A DNA stretch of 64,000 nt, from assembly GCA_023205875.1 (NCBI GenBank), contig CP060767.1, positions 372,001-436,000 on the forward strand, given 5' to 3'. This DNA comes from Chloropicon primus (Eukaryota). Below, piece after piece: positions 43,268 through 53,550 of the stretch (within the stretch, counting starts at the first letter, position 1; each line of letters begins with the position of its first letter). Under the pieces are notes generated by a model. It was given only the letters and a program-made list of their open reading frames with translations. It made no database searches and had not been told where the DNA came from. Position numbers and translations under genes: made by a program.

Positions 43268-45043
43268 TCAACAGGATGCCTTCGCGACTGGCCTTACGGC
43301 ATGCTTGCTGAATAGAGCGGCTGCATGTATGAGCTCCGTTAGCCCGGGATGATCATCATGGTGGTGTGCCGACTCATCACCGTAAGTGTCAAGCAGTAAG
43401 GCGAGGATGCAGTCAGCGCTGAACGCCTGCGTCAGAACAAGGTCCGATAATAACGAAACCACCATGTATATCACTGACACTGGTGTGACGAGCTTGCTCA
43501 AGTCAACATGATCCGCCAAGTTTGGGGCCTTATCCAGAGCCCACCACACAAACATTATGCCTCCGAACGCCCACATGACTATTTTCCCCTTTATGCGGTA
43601 AGCGACACCTTTACGCAGCAACTGCGGTGGGTCGTTGAATAGCATTCCGGAGCGGAACGTCAACGAGAGGTGTCCCGCGACGAGCGCCAGCAGAGAGGGC
43701 AAGAGGAGTGAGTCGCCAACGCTTTGGAACACCATCGCCAGCAGCGCCAACAGCAGCGGCAATACGATTAATATGCTTCCCACGACGACGTGTGCAATGA
43801 GCTTGCTCGTAGGTAAAAACAGCTTGAGCTGTATTGACGCGGCGCCCAGGCCGGACACGATCCCAAGGGAGAGCGGCACCAGAGTCTTCCCCGCGTACAT
43901 GGCAAGTGCGATGCCCACGATGTACTCGCTGTACTCCAGTGCGGTGCTGAAACCCTCGAGGGACAATAGCGTGGACTCTGACATCATGAAGAGCTCAAAT
44001 GCCTGGTCGGTGTTGCTGCACAGACCTTTGCACTGCTGTGCGTTGGCCTGTCCGAGCCCTTGGCAGGCATTCTGCACGCGCGTTCCTGCCCAGCCCGGCA
44101 GTGAACCTCCGTCCTTACACAGGCCCCTGTCTGCACACGTTGCAGGTGGGCAAGCAACCTGCATGTGCTCTGCTGACAGCTCCTCCACCCAGTTCGATGC
44201 GTACGCTGCACAAAATTCCAAAGGGGTGCCCGCTGCGACTCCCGACGACGTCAGTGTCTCAACAGCTGAGTAGAAAAGAGGGTCTCCTAGCCCTAAATCC
44301 TTCTCAACCTTTAGGGTGTTCGTGTACAGATCTTCAACGCCAAAGGTAACGATGCTGGTGAGCAGCGATCTCGCTCCTTGGGAACACATGTCTTGCTGCG
44401 CACTGCTCCAGTCAAACGTATCTCGGAATGGGACCACAAGCAGCATGACAAAGGGTGCTGCATTGGTAATGATGAAGGACAGGCGCAGCAGCCGTTTTGA
44501 GGAGACGTATCTACCTTTCAGTGACGCCATCGTGCACGCAACAAGCGCGACGAAGCCGACCACAGCCGCCGCGAAAACCGCTACATCGCCGCTGAACATT
44601 GCATTTGCGAAGGGCTCCCCGTACTCGGGTCCAGCGCCGGGAATGGACCCCAGCAAATCCAAGTAGTTCTTCTTCGACTCCAACAGCTCGTGAACACCCA
44701 GCACTAGCTTTACCGCCACAGTCACACACGCCACGCTGAGCAAGCAGTTCCTCCAGTAGAGCAGCTTCACTCCCACGCCCCCGAGAGGCGGAGAACACGT
44801 CCTCTTGAGGTTCTCCTCGACCTTGCGAGGCACACGGGCGTCCGCACCGTAAGACCATAGAGCGGACAACACCCCCCGACCGCCCAACTCGAAGCACGTC
44901 GTCTTGGCACCCGTAGTCTCGGTTGGACCGCAAGTTTCCAAGGCCTTCAACTCATGGGTCTCACCTCTCTCCTCTGTCTTGACCAACGGGTTCACCGCCG
45001 AGCGCTCGTTGGGTACCGCCATTGCCATAGACATAGACACCAT
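43268..45043 (-). CDS. Multi-pass membrane protein with Cys-rich extracellular loop, unknown function
   Basis: Long ORF with three N-terminal hydrophobic helices, a loop with many Cys (CPPATCADRGLC...C...C...C) and several C-terminal helices. Confidence 0.7.
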   Translation of the reverse strand: MVSMSMAMAVPNERSAVNPLVKTEERGETHELKALETCGPTETTGAKTTCFELGGRGVLSALWSYGADARVPRKVEENLKRTCSPPLGGVGVKLLYWRNCLLSVACVTVAVKLVLGVHELLESKKNYLDLLGSIPGAGPEYGEPFANAMFSGDVAVFAAAVVGFVALVACTMASLKGRYVSSKRLLRLSFIITNAAPFVMLLVVPFRDTFDWSSAQQDMCSQGARSLLTSIVTFGVEDLYTNTLKVEKDLGLGDPLFYSAVETLTSSGVAAGTPLEFCAAYASNWVEELSAEHMQVACPPATCADRGLCKDGGSLPGWAGTRVQNACQGLGQANAQQCKGLCSNTDQAFELFMMSESTLLSLEGFSTALEYSEYIVGIALAMYAGKTLVPLSLGIVSGLGAASIQLKLFLPTSKLIAHVVVGSILIVLPLLLALLAMVFQSVGDSLLLPSLLALVAGHLSLTFRSGMLFNDPPQLLRKGVAYRIKGKIVMWAFGGIMFVWWALDKAPNLADHVDLSKLVTPVSVIYMVVSLLSDLVLTQAFSADCILALLLDTYGDESAHHHDDHPGLTELIHAAALFSKHAVRPVAKASC

Positions 45044-45252
45044 CACCGCCGCGTGACTTGACAGACCTTGTGCCTTTCCTGTAACTTGACAGACCTTTGG
45101 AACTTTTGGACATCGTAGTTCATCTCTTGGCCCAAAAGGGGGAGGAGAGAGACGAGGCCACAGAAGGTGCGCGGAGGTGAGCAAGGAAGTGACCACCACA
45201 ATCAAAACACACACACGATGACAAAAGAATATAAGGATAAAGATACCCTCCA

Positions 45253-45283
<31 letters not shown>

Positions 45284-45626
45284 AACGAAGCGAAGAGGAT
45301 GGAACTTCGCCATTGTTCTTCTTCTCGATCGATCGCTCTTGTCCTTTCTCCTGGATAATTAACGTCGTATTGGGAACGTTTTCTGATTGGCCAAAATCTC
45401 TCCCAGCGAACAAGATCTTTCCATTTTCCTCTATCCATTTCTTTCCAGAGCAGCGAAGAACAGCACGGCGATTGAGACGAGCGGAAGGGACGCTACGCTT
45501 ACCTTCATCCTTCGCCCTCGTCAAGGTTTTGCCGTGACCTCTCTCTCTCTCTCTCTTTGAGGTTCGCTTCGCGCTTCCTCTTTTTTTTTTTTCTTTCTAG
45601 CGGCTTGGTTGGTGCTTCATAGAGGT

Positions 45627-47411
45627 ATGAGAGGTGCTGGGTTGGTGGTGACGAGGCCGCTTGTCGGGTCCTCCTCCTCCTCCACCTCCTCCTCCTCCTC
45701 CGTTCAAGCAAGGCCACGCCACTGCCATCGGCATTACGGATCACCGACGTCGACGTCATTTTGTCCGACGGCGAAGAGACTCGTTTGTTGCAGAAGCCAA
45801 CGCTTTGAGGAACAAGGCCATGGGGATGAGGATCCACACGACGACGAAGAACAACATCACGTTGGTCGTCATCATCACGACGAAGTGGAGGAGGACGGTT
45901 TCGTGGGAGGTTTGAAAAAGTTTTTGAATCGTGCTCCTCGTGTGAGGTTCAGGACGAAGCAAGATCGTCGTTTGAATCAGTTGGCGGAACTTGTGGTGAT
46001 GAACGAAAAGTTGAGGCAGTGGGACTTGGTGAACTCTGGAGACTTTAACGAGGAGGAGGACGTCGATGTCATCGAGTGCAGGACAAAGGTGGAGTTCTTG
46101 AAGACGAGGAAGGAGAATTGGGAAGCGATCTACGAGAGCGTGAGCTCTCATGAGACGGAGGCTACGCTGGCGGATGTGGAGAGGATAGACACTAAGGTGG
46201 AGAGCGTACTCGGGGAGAGCCAGGAGAACTTGAGTGTGTCGGATGCCGCGAGTCAGCTCGTGGCCTTGCAGGCGGAGTTGAAGCAGGCTCACGAGAGGAT
46301 TCACCTCAGCCAAGCTAGGCTCGGGTTTCTCAGCGAGCGATTGAGCGAGCTTAAATCCGAGGCGGACCTCTACGAGGACGCTGAAGCGTGTGCGGTCGGG
46401 GACGAGGAGCTGGAGGGAGGTGCCGACGACAAGAGCTGGGGAGAGGGGGCTTCCGGCGAGGGAAACTTGGACCTCTCGAAGCTTCCCTTGGCCTCGGCGA
46501 CTGGGACGACAAAAACTTCGTTGTCTGCGGCGGAATTTCTCACCCAGAGCTTCCACTCGTCCAACTTGGAGACAAACACGTGGTACCCTGTGTGCCTGTC
46601 GGAGAGCATCAAGTCCCAGGAGGCCCTTGTCCCCTTCAACCTCAAGGGCCAGCCTTGGGTCCTGTTCATGAACAACGAAGGCAAGGTCGGTTGCATCAAG
46701 GATACGTGCTCTCACAGAGCCTGCCCCTTGTCCCTGGGCAAGGTGAATAAGGACACAGGTTGCATCCAGTGTCCCTATCACGGCTGGGAGTACGACAAGG
46801 ACGGGAAGTGCACCAACATGCCCAGCACGAACATCAATTCCAAGGGGAGGGCGAAGATGAACGTGGACTCCCTCCGCGTCTCGACGTCGAACGACGGCAT
46901 TCTTTGGGTCACCGACCGGGAGTCTGAGAGCGATGTGGGTCCTCCGATTCTCACGGATTTAGACAAGAACGACTGCCTCGTGCAAGCCTTCGTGGACGAC
47001 ATTCCCATGAGGTCGGAGAGTGTGATCGACATCTTCACGATTAACATGCCCGATCTCGCACAGGAGGTGTTTCAGGGGGTTATGGACTGGACGTGGAAGA
47101 GCGCCCCGGCCCTGCCGCTGTTGGCCGTGGGCTTCCGAGGCCTGGATCCGGGGATGACCTTTGAGCTCAAGTTTGTTTCGCACTACGCCTTCAAGATCGA
47201 GGTCAAGGACGGGACTGGAGCGCAAACGCAAATGCTTTTCGTGCTCTCCCCCGTCAGCACCAAGAAGACCAACATGATCTTCCAGGTGTGGACGACGAAA
47301 GAATCGACTTCGAGGTGGGGAACCTTCCTCAACAGGGGCTGGGAGGAGCACATTCAGCAAACCCTTCGGGACATGCTTGCCTCGAAATCGCCACGCCAAC
47401 TTTCTATGTAA
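45627..47411 (+). CDS. Chlorophyllide a oxygenase-derived Rieske protein lacking the mononuclear-iron motif
   Basis: Transit peptide; CAO-type N-terminal helix LVALQAELKQAHERIHLSQARL; NTWYPV; Rieske CSHRACPLSLG...CPYHGWEY; NMPDLAQ where CAO has NLLDLAHAPFTH. Confidence 0.85.
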   Translation: MRGAGLVVTRPLVGSSSSSTSSSSSVQARPRHCHRHYGSPTSTSFCPTAKRLVCCRSQRFEEQGHGDEDPHDDEEQHHVGRHHHDEVEEDGFVGGLKKFLNRAPRVRFRTKQDRRLNQLAELVVMNEKLRQWDLVNSGDFNEEEDVDVIECRTKVEFLKTRKENWEAIYESVSSHETEATLADVERIDTKVESVLGESQENLSVSDAASQLVALQAELKQAHERIHLSQARLGFLSERLSELKSEADLYEDAEACAVGDEELEGGADDKSWGEGASGEGNLDLSKLPLASATGTTKTSLSAAEFLTQSFHSSNLETNTWYPVCLSESIKSQEALVPFNLKGQPWVLFMNNEGKVGCIKDTCSHRACPLSLGKVNKDTGCIQCPYHGWEYDKDGKCTNMPSTNINSKGRAKMNVDSLRVSTSNDGILWVTDRESESDVGPPILTDLDKNDCLVQAFVDDIPMRSESVIDIFTINMPDLAQEVFQGVMDWTWKSAPALPLLAVGFRGLDPGMTFELKFVSHYAFKIEVKDGTGAQTQMLFVLSPVSTKKTNMIFQVWTTKESTSRWGTFLNRGWEEHIQQTLRDMLASKSPRQLSM

Positions 47412-47442
47412 AACAAGAGTACTTTCTATGTAAAACAAGAGT
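47399..47442 (+). repeat. Perfect 22-bp tandem duplication spanning the stop codon
   Basis: actttctatgtaaaacaagagt x2. Confidence 0.9.
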
Positions 47443-47594
47443 TTTTGTTGTTTGTTGAATATCACCGACCTTTTTTTTTAAGTGTTTTTGTTTATGCCAA
47501 GGTGGTGTGCTTGCTTTGTGCTCACCCACCTCGCCCGCGACGCCACGTTAAGCGTGCAATGCTTGCTTGACAACGACACGACCCTTTCCTTGAA

Positions 47595-48127
47595 TCAATA
47601 CAGCTCGTCCTCAACGTGAGAAGTGATGGTGGTGTCCTTGGTCGGGTACGCGACGCAGGTCAAAACGTAGCCCGCGTCAATCTGCTGGTCTCCCAAGAAG
47701 GTCTGGTCGGACTGGTCAAAGGAATCGGCTTCACCGGTCTTGGCCGTGCAGCTCGAGCACGCTCCTGCTCTGCAGGACCAAGGGAGCTCCACTCCAGCCT
47801 CCTCCGCCGCGTCGAGAAGGTACGTGTTCTCGTCACACTCGATAACCTCCTCACCGTTTGGCGTGTTTATTGTGATCTTGAACGCGTACACACCAACCGC
47901 TCCTCCTCTCTGCGCGCGTGGTGACACACCACGAACCGAGATCGCCTTCCCTCTCATGGAGGAGGACAATCCCCCTGAAAAAAAAAGATGGAAAAAAAAC
48001 GTCAGTCAATCACACGACGACGACAATGGCATTGTGAGAGATTGAGAAGAGAGAGGGATGCGTTGACGGAACACGACTCACCTGCCTTCAAGGCTTTCCC
48101 GGTGAACCTCGTCGCAAGTCTGGTCAT
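47595..48127 (-). CDS. PETF: Plant-type [2Fe-2S] ferredoxin (intron 47975-48081)
   Basis: Transit peptide split by a GTGAGT...TTCAG intron; [48 protein letters not shown]. The exact ferredoxin isoform is uncertain. Confidence 0.9.
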
Positions 48128-48845
48128 CGTTTTGTCCCTTCTGCTTCTGCAAAAAAGAAAGAAAAGAATGGACAGAGAGAGAGAGAGGGTTCAGTTTTTC
48201 CTGCGTCCATGCGTCCATGCCGTCGACCGAGGGGTCTACAGAAAGACCAAGGGACGGTGTTCCTGCACAGGCATGCGGGGTGCACCTCATCGAAAAGCCT
48301 GTCCTTACCCCTCCTCAAAAAAAAAGTTGCTGGGGCGCGACGATCGATCGATCCCGTCAATTGGGCGTTCACTCTTGCGCCGAAACGGATAAGGTTTTGT
48401 TCTTTCAGAGACGAAGAAGTCGACTTTTTGATTCGGAACGGACAGCTGGCGTCAATGACGATGACGCCTTCATTGGGTGGCAATCCTCGGCCCGTGGTCG
48501 TTCATTACATCCACATCCGGGCCTGCCCTTGAAGTTGAAGCTCCTGCAAAGCAAATCCTCTCTCTCTCTCTCTCTCTCTCCAAAACACGCACACACGCGC
48601 GCGCCAAGGCCCAGCCGGTCCAGGATCACCTTCTTGCTGCTCTTCTCCTGGAGCTCTCCGCTCAGCACGATAACGGACCTCTTGACTCCTGACGTTTTGG
48701 TGGGGAAGCAGGATCAAGCTATATATATATATATATATGTATTTATACAAAACTTCTATAATGAATAACTGTACAGGTTCAATAACGACGAATACATGAA
48801 CACGAGCGAATGCTTTTCATCCTCCTCTCACTGGTACTACCACTA

Positions 48846-50714
48846 CTACGCCTCCTCAGCACTGCCGTGGTGCTCTCCTTCACCTTCTGCGCCGTCACCT
48901 GCCCCGACCTTGGGGGAATCACCGACCACCGCTTCGTCTTCCTCCGACAACGACGCTGGTGAGCCTGTGACATTGTCTTCTCCCGTGACATTGTCTTCTC
49001 CCTCCTCCGTTTGGGTGTCCGCGTCGTTCACGTCGTTCGACTCCGGCCCCACATTCCCGGCTCCGTTCTCGCCTCCTTCCTCCTCCACGTGGGGACGGGG
49101 GCTTCCCTCCCCTTCCCGGAATACGGTGTCCACCCCTTGCACTTCCGTCTCTTCCCCCTCGTGCGACGGCAGCGGCTCGATCCGCCGCTTTCCACCCACT
49201 GCAATCGCTTCGTGGCTGGTCACCGGTGGCACATCGTATTTGGCGAGCCCACCGCCACTGCTTTGGCCAATGCCTTGCCCTCTTGCCGTGCCGCTTTCCC
49301 CGTTAGACTGGAGCACCGGAACCGGAACGTCGTGGTGGTGGCGCTGCTGTTGCCTGATCTGCGAGTCCGCCTTGTCGACGTCCCGAACGGCCGACCACGT
49401 GCAGATGACTCCGCTCAAAATCCCAAAGGCGGTTAACGCCAGCAGCACCTTCTTGGGAACCTTTGGGCTGTTCCTGCTCGGCCTCACTTGAGAGTAAAGC
49501 CGCAGGTAGGTGAGGCTGGGCAGGATGCATCCGAGGGTCACGCAGGTAGATCCGCCGGTGAGCCGAAAGACGTACTCGATGTGCGGTATCAAGGTCGCGC
49601 ACACAAGTGCTATGAAGAGGACAACAACTGCGATCGTGCAGTGGAGCTTCCCCCTCTTGTTCATCATCAAGGGAGTGTTTCTGTTCCAGCTCTTCACCAA
49701 AGGCATGCTGAAGACGCAGGACTTGATCGGTAGCAGCAGGATTGGTACCGTCGCCAGTGAGGTTGACCCGTAGAAGAACTTGATCAGATCGTCCACGGAC
49801 GCCGACGCGTCCTTGTTGCCCAAATTCGTCAGCACGTCTCCCTGCACGAGGTGCCTGAACATCAGGTACCCGGAAGACCCCACGACGACGTATACGGTGG
49901 TGACTATCGAGAGAGCCGACGCCGTCACAGACTTGATGTTTCCAAGAGACGGCGACTTCAGGTTGTGGTATATGGGGAATATGACGTTGTGCGCCGTGAA
50001 CGAGTACATCATGATGGGAAACGCCACGATCAGCCCTTTCATCCTCCATAGGACAAGCCCAGAGTCGTCGACCTCCGCGGCGCTGGGCCTCGAGCTCGTA
50101 TCCGTCAAGGATTGCAGCCCCCTGACTGTCATGAACACGCAAAAGAAGCTGTACACTGTCACGGCGTAGAAAGCCAAAGATGCCATGTGCTTCCCACTGG
50201 TGATCGTCAGACCCACGGGAAGCATCCCTAACACGACGGTGAGCGTTAGCAAAGTGTTTTTGGCCTGCTCAAAGTCCTCGAAGAGCCACCCTCGCCCAAA
50301 CCACAACACGGTGTCCACGAAGATGTTCATGTAAGCGATGACGTTCCCGATGTTGAGCAGCACGATGCAGACGTTGACCGCGTGCGTACCCGCTCGCCCA
50401 AAGGCGAGTTGAGCGAGGTCCTCGTAGGTCCTCACGCCTGTGGCGTGCCCCAACTGTGCTAGCATATACAGCGACAGCCTCGAGGTGTAAAAGCAGAGGA
50501 AGAGGAGAAGCATGCCAAGGATGAGTCCGCACGATTTGTATGCAAAAGGCATCCCGAGAAGTCCAGCTCCCAATATGCCGTTCACCATGTTCACTGTCGA
50601 CTCCAGTTGGTTGGCCTTTCCCTCCTGGTCCTCCTGGTCCTCCTTCTTCTTCACATCGCTGGACACCACGGGCAGCGAAGTGCTTGGCCGGCGATGGTTC
50701 TTCTGGTTCACCAT
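48846..50714 (-). CDS. Amino acid transporter (Aa_trans; SLC38/AVT6-like) with acidic C-terminal tail
   Basis: NMVNGILGAGLLGMPFAYKSCG, TYEDLA..AFG, FPIMMYSFTAH, GYLMF, GDVLTN; multiple TM helices. Confidence 0.92.
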   Translation of the reverse strand: MVNQKNHRRPSTSLPVVSSDVKKKEDQEDQEGKANQLESTVNMVNGILGAGLLGMPFAYKSCGLILGMLLLFLCFYTSRLSLYMLAQLGHATGVRTYEDLAQLAFGRAGTHAVNVCIVLLNIGNVIAYMNIFVDTVLWFGRGWLFEDFEQAKNTLLTLTVVLGMLPVGLTITSGKHMASLAFYAVTVYSFFCVFMTVRGLQSLTDTSSRPSAAEVDDSGLVLWRMKGLIVAFPIMMYSFTAHNVIFPIYHNLKSPSLGNIKSVTASALSIVTTVYVVVGSSGYLMFRHLVQGDVLTNLGNKDASASVDDLIKFFYGSTSLATVPILLLPIKSCVFSMPLVKSWNRNTPLMMNKRGKLHCTIAVVVLFIALVCATLIPHIEYVFRLTGGSTCVTLGCILPSLTYLRLYSQVRPSRNSPKVPKKVLLALTAFGILSGVICTWSAVRDVDKADSQIRQQQRHHHDVPVPVLQSNGESGTARGQGIGQSSGGGLAKYDVPPVTSHEAIAVGGKRRIEPLPSHEGEETEVQGVDTVFREGEGSPRPHVEEEGGENGAGNVGPESNDVNDADTQTEEGEDNVTGEDNVTGSPASLSEEDEAVVGDSPKVGAGDGAEGEGEHHGSAEEA

Positions 50715-51434
50715 CTCTGTCTCCCCGCCCCCCTCCTCGTACCAACAAAACAAAACCAACCTCTGTCCCGCGTCCCTGCCGCGTCTCTGGTGGTGGAGAC
50801 CCTAGCCTCTAGTATGCAAGTTATCAATATCCTATTACGCACAAGTCGAAGCTCAGGTTTGGGGTTTCTGGTTCAGGCAGGTGAGGTTTTGGAGCCCTGG
50901 CCTTGAGCACCGATGCAATGAGGGGTCAAACCAAAGTCAAAGATGCCATCTTTCCCGACAGAACCAAGACGACAACCTCGTCCACGTCCACGCTATGGTT
51001 CCTCTCTTCGTGTCAAGTCGAGTGGAGTTCTCTGGAACGACATTAATTCCACAAGGGAAGTGCGTCAAAGCCCACGGCAAGGTCTCCATCATCTCGTTTT
51101 GTGTTGGTTAGGATTGTTGATGCAATGTTGTCAATAGGCCCACCGCTTCTGGTGATCGCCTCGCCAAGGAGTCGACCAAGCAACCCCCGACATTTTCTCT
51201 TCTTCCTTTCCAGTGGCCTTTGCAGACACATGGAGCCCTCACACTCCTTGGAGGCGAGGAGACCAATGATGGTGATGAGGCTCCTTCACGATCAATCCGC
51301 TCGAGGCTGTCCTGCAATGCAAGACAGAGAGAGAGAGAGAGAGCGGAGCAGAGAGAGGGACACCAGCGAGCGAACGGCTGAACGCTCTAAAATACATGGG
51401 ATTATCATATGTGGTACAAAGCAAAAAATTATCA

Positions 51435-53324
51435 TCAGTTCCCGTAGACGCAGAGCTTGCCGTGGATTCCAGTCGCCATCCAAAGTCTGTAGATATAATT
51501 CTCGCCGTTAATGGGGTGAGCATTGCTGACCAGCTTCTTCGGCATGAAGTACTTGCCACCACCGCTAGAGAAACCGTAGAGGTCCACTCGCTCGCACAAC
51601 CCGTTGCGAAGGAGCTCCACGATCGCTCTTACTCTGGAGAAACCACCGGAAGCGTGCTGTATCTTTGACATCCCATTGATGACGAGCTTCTTTTCGGTGT
51701 GCTTGGCCTGCTGAAAGAGGTGGAGCATTCGAGTGGAATCTTTGCGCCAGTCCAGGAGTACTGGCATGCCGTAGATCATCGCCTTCTTTTTGTTCGGCAG
51801 TGACTCCGCGTCAAGCTCCTGCGGCACGTACTTGGGAAAGATGTTGAACCGTGACGGCACGACATCCGGTGCGTACTTGGTGCCGATGTAATTGAGCTTA
51901 TCGAAGAGACCGTCGGTCTTCTTGCCCACGGCATCCCAGTAAGGCTTGGTAATCACGTTGTAACGGATCACAAAGTCGTGCTCGTCGATCTCCCCGCCGT
52001 ACTTTCCCTTCAGCACGTTGTCCCCGTTGCCCACGATCGCACAAGTCCCGAGCCTAAGCTTTTTAAAGTCCTCCAGCTGGTTCTTCCTCCATTCCCAACC
52101 AAGCTTCGATGTCTTGAAGTAGGCATTCTCGTACCAACTCCTCAGCTGGTACTTGTCTTCCATCGATTGGTTGAAGCAGTCGCGGTGCATGATCATGCAA
52201 GGATACTTCTCGGCAGCGATCTGCAAGATCTCTTTGGCCTGTTCCAGGGTAAGGGAAACGATATCTCCGGCTTTGGCTCGCTCCTTGAATTTCTTGGTTC
52301 TCTTCGATGCCGGCGGCTTTGACTTTGGTTGCTTCTGCTTCTTCCGCAGCAGTGATCGCCCCTCCGCCCTTCCTCGAACAAGTTTGGACGCCTCGGCTTC
52401 AGGCTCCTTCGGCTGCACGTGGTTGCCCTTCGGCGACAAGTAACAGTAACGCGGAGGCTTGAGAGAACCGTTAAAGGTGTCGACGATGTGCTGGATCTCC
52501 GGATCAAGGATGATCTTCCTCGGCTTGATCGCTTCCTCGTACGCCTTTCTCTGCAATTCGTACTTTCGCTTCCTCACCGCCTCCGTCACGCTGCTCGGCT
52601 TCGATCGCAAGCCGCGACTCTTCCTCAGCTTGTCCTCCAGCTTTCCCAAAGCGATCTGATCCAGAGCGTGTTGCCTCACGGTCGCGGCCGTGTCCTCCAA
52701 GGCAACCTTCCTCCTCATCTCCTCTATCTGTTGCTCCAGCTTGGCCTCCTCCTTCAATCGAGCTTTCTTCTCCGAAGCGGTTTCGTTCCAACCCGCCCAG
52801 TCAGCGTAGTACCGCACCTCCTCCTCCTTCGGCTTCTTCGTGGGCTGTTCCTTGCCCTGATCACCGGCGGTTGAGGCTTCCTCCTCACCACCATCAGCAG
52901 CAGCAGCAGCAGCAGCGTCGGATGATCCCTGGTCTTCATCCACTGCCTCTTCTTGAGCCCTCTTTTCAGTCACAACAGACCCTACTTCATCTTGCCCATG
53001 GAGCCTCTCCTCAACGTCACGACGCTCCTCCAGACCAACAAGCTGCCCATTCCCATCCACTCTGTCCTCCAGCAAGGATTCTCGAAGGACCACAGCTTTC
53101 TCGGCTTTGACTTCGATGCGGAAGCTTGCCCAATCGCTCATGAGGGTACCCAGCAGAAGTCCAGAGAGGAACAGTATCACTCCTAGGACACCATACTTTC
53201 TCGACTTGGCCTGCCTTTGGACTTGTTCTTGCTGAGAAAGTTTCAGACTTTGCTCTTGAGAGAGCAACCGTCCTGCCATCCCTGACTCATCGTGACGACC
53301 ACAGCCACTCGATCCTGACGCCAT
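51435..53324 (-). CDS. GT29 sialyltransferase-like type II membrane protein
   Basis: TM plus long stem; sialylmotif L (CAIVGNG...G.EIDEHDFVIRYN), S (SGG...CERVDLYGF), III (KY) and VS (HPINGE). Confidence 0.85.
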   Translation of the reverse strand: MASGSSGCGRHDESGMAGRLLSQEQSLKLSQQEQVQRQAKSRKYGVLGVILFLSGLLLGTLMSDWASFRIEVKAEKAVVLRESLLEDRVDGNGQLVGLEERRDVEERLHGQDEVGSVVTEKRAQEEAVDEDQGSSDAAAAAAADGGEEEASTAGDQGKEQPTKKPKEEEVRYYADWAGWNETASEKKARLKEEAKLEQQIEEMRRKVALEDTAATVRQHALDQIALGKLEDKLRKSRGLRSKPSSVTEAVRKRKYELQRKAYEEAIKPRKIILDPEIQHIVDTFNGSLKPPRYCYLSPKGNHVQPKEPEAEASKLVRGRAEGRSLLRKKQKQPKSKPPASKRTKKFKERAKAGDIVSLTLEQAKEILQIAAEKYPCMIMHRDCFNQSMEDKYQLRSWYENAYFKTSKLGWEWRKNQLEDFKKLRLGTCAIVGNGDNVLKGKYGGEIDEHDFVIRYNVITKPYWDAVGKKTDGLFDKLNYIGTKYAPDVVPSRFNIFPKYVPQELDAESLPNKKKAMIYGMPVLLDWRKDSTRMLHLFQQAKHTEKKLVINGMSKIQHASGGFSRVRAIVELLRNGLCERVDLYGFSSGGGKYFMPKKLVSNAHPINGENYIYRLWMATGIHGKLCVYGN

Positions 53325-53498
53325 TTGCTTTTGTCCCGAGTCCTGTGGTTTGTTACATAGACATGGGGTGGTGGTGGTGCAGAGTTTGAGGAGACCACCA
53401 CGTGTGGTCACCAGCAAAGACGACCGACCGACCGACTTTGTGAATGGAATTAGGAATGAAGAACAAGCTGAGCAACAGCACCACCGAGGATGCTCTCA

Positions 53499-53550
53499 GC
53501 TTCACCAGAGCTTGACTAGAGCTTGACCAGAGCTTGATCAGAGCTTGATC
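53499..53550 (+). repeat. 11-bp tandem repeat with GCTTGA core
   Basis: GCTTCA at 53499; GCTTGA at 53510, 53521, 53532 and 53543. Confidence 0.85.

Noticed and set aside
44291..44316. Inverted telomere-like heptamers CCCTAAA...TTTAGGG
   Set aside because: Single copies inside an intact CDS; chance.
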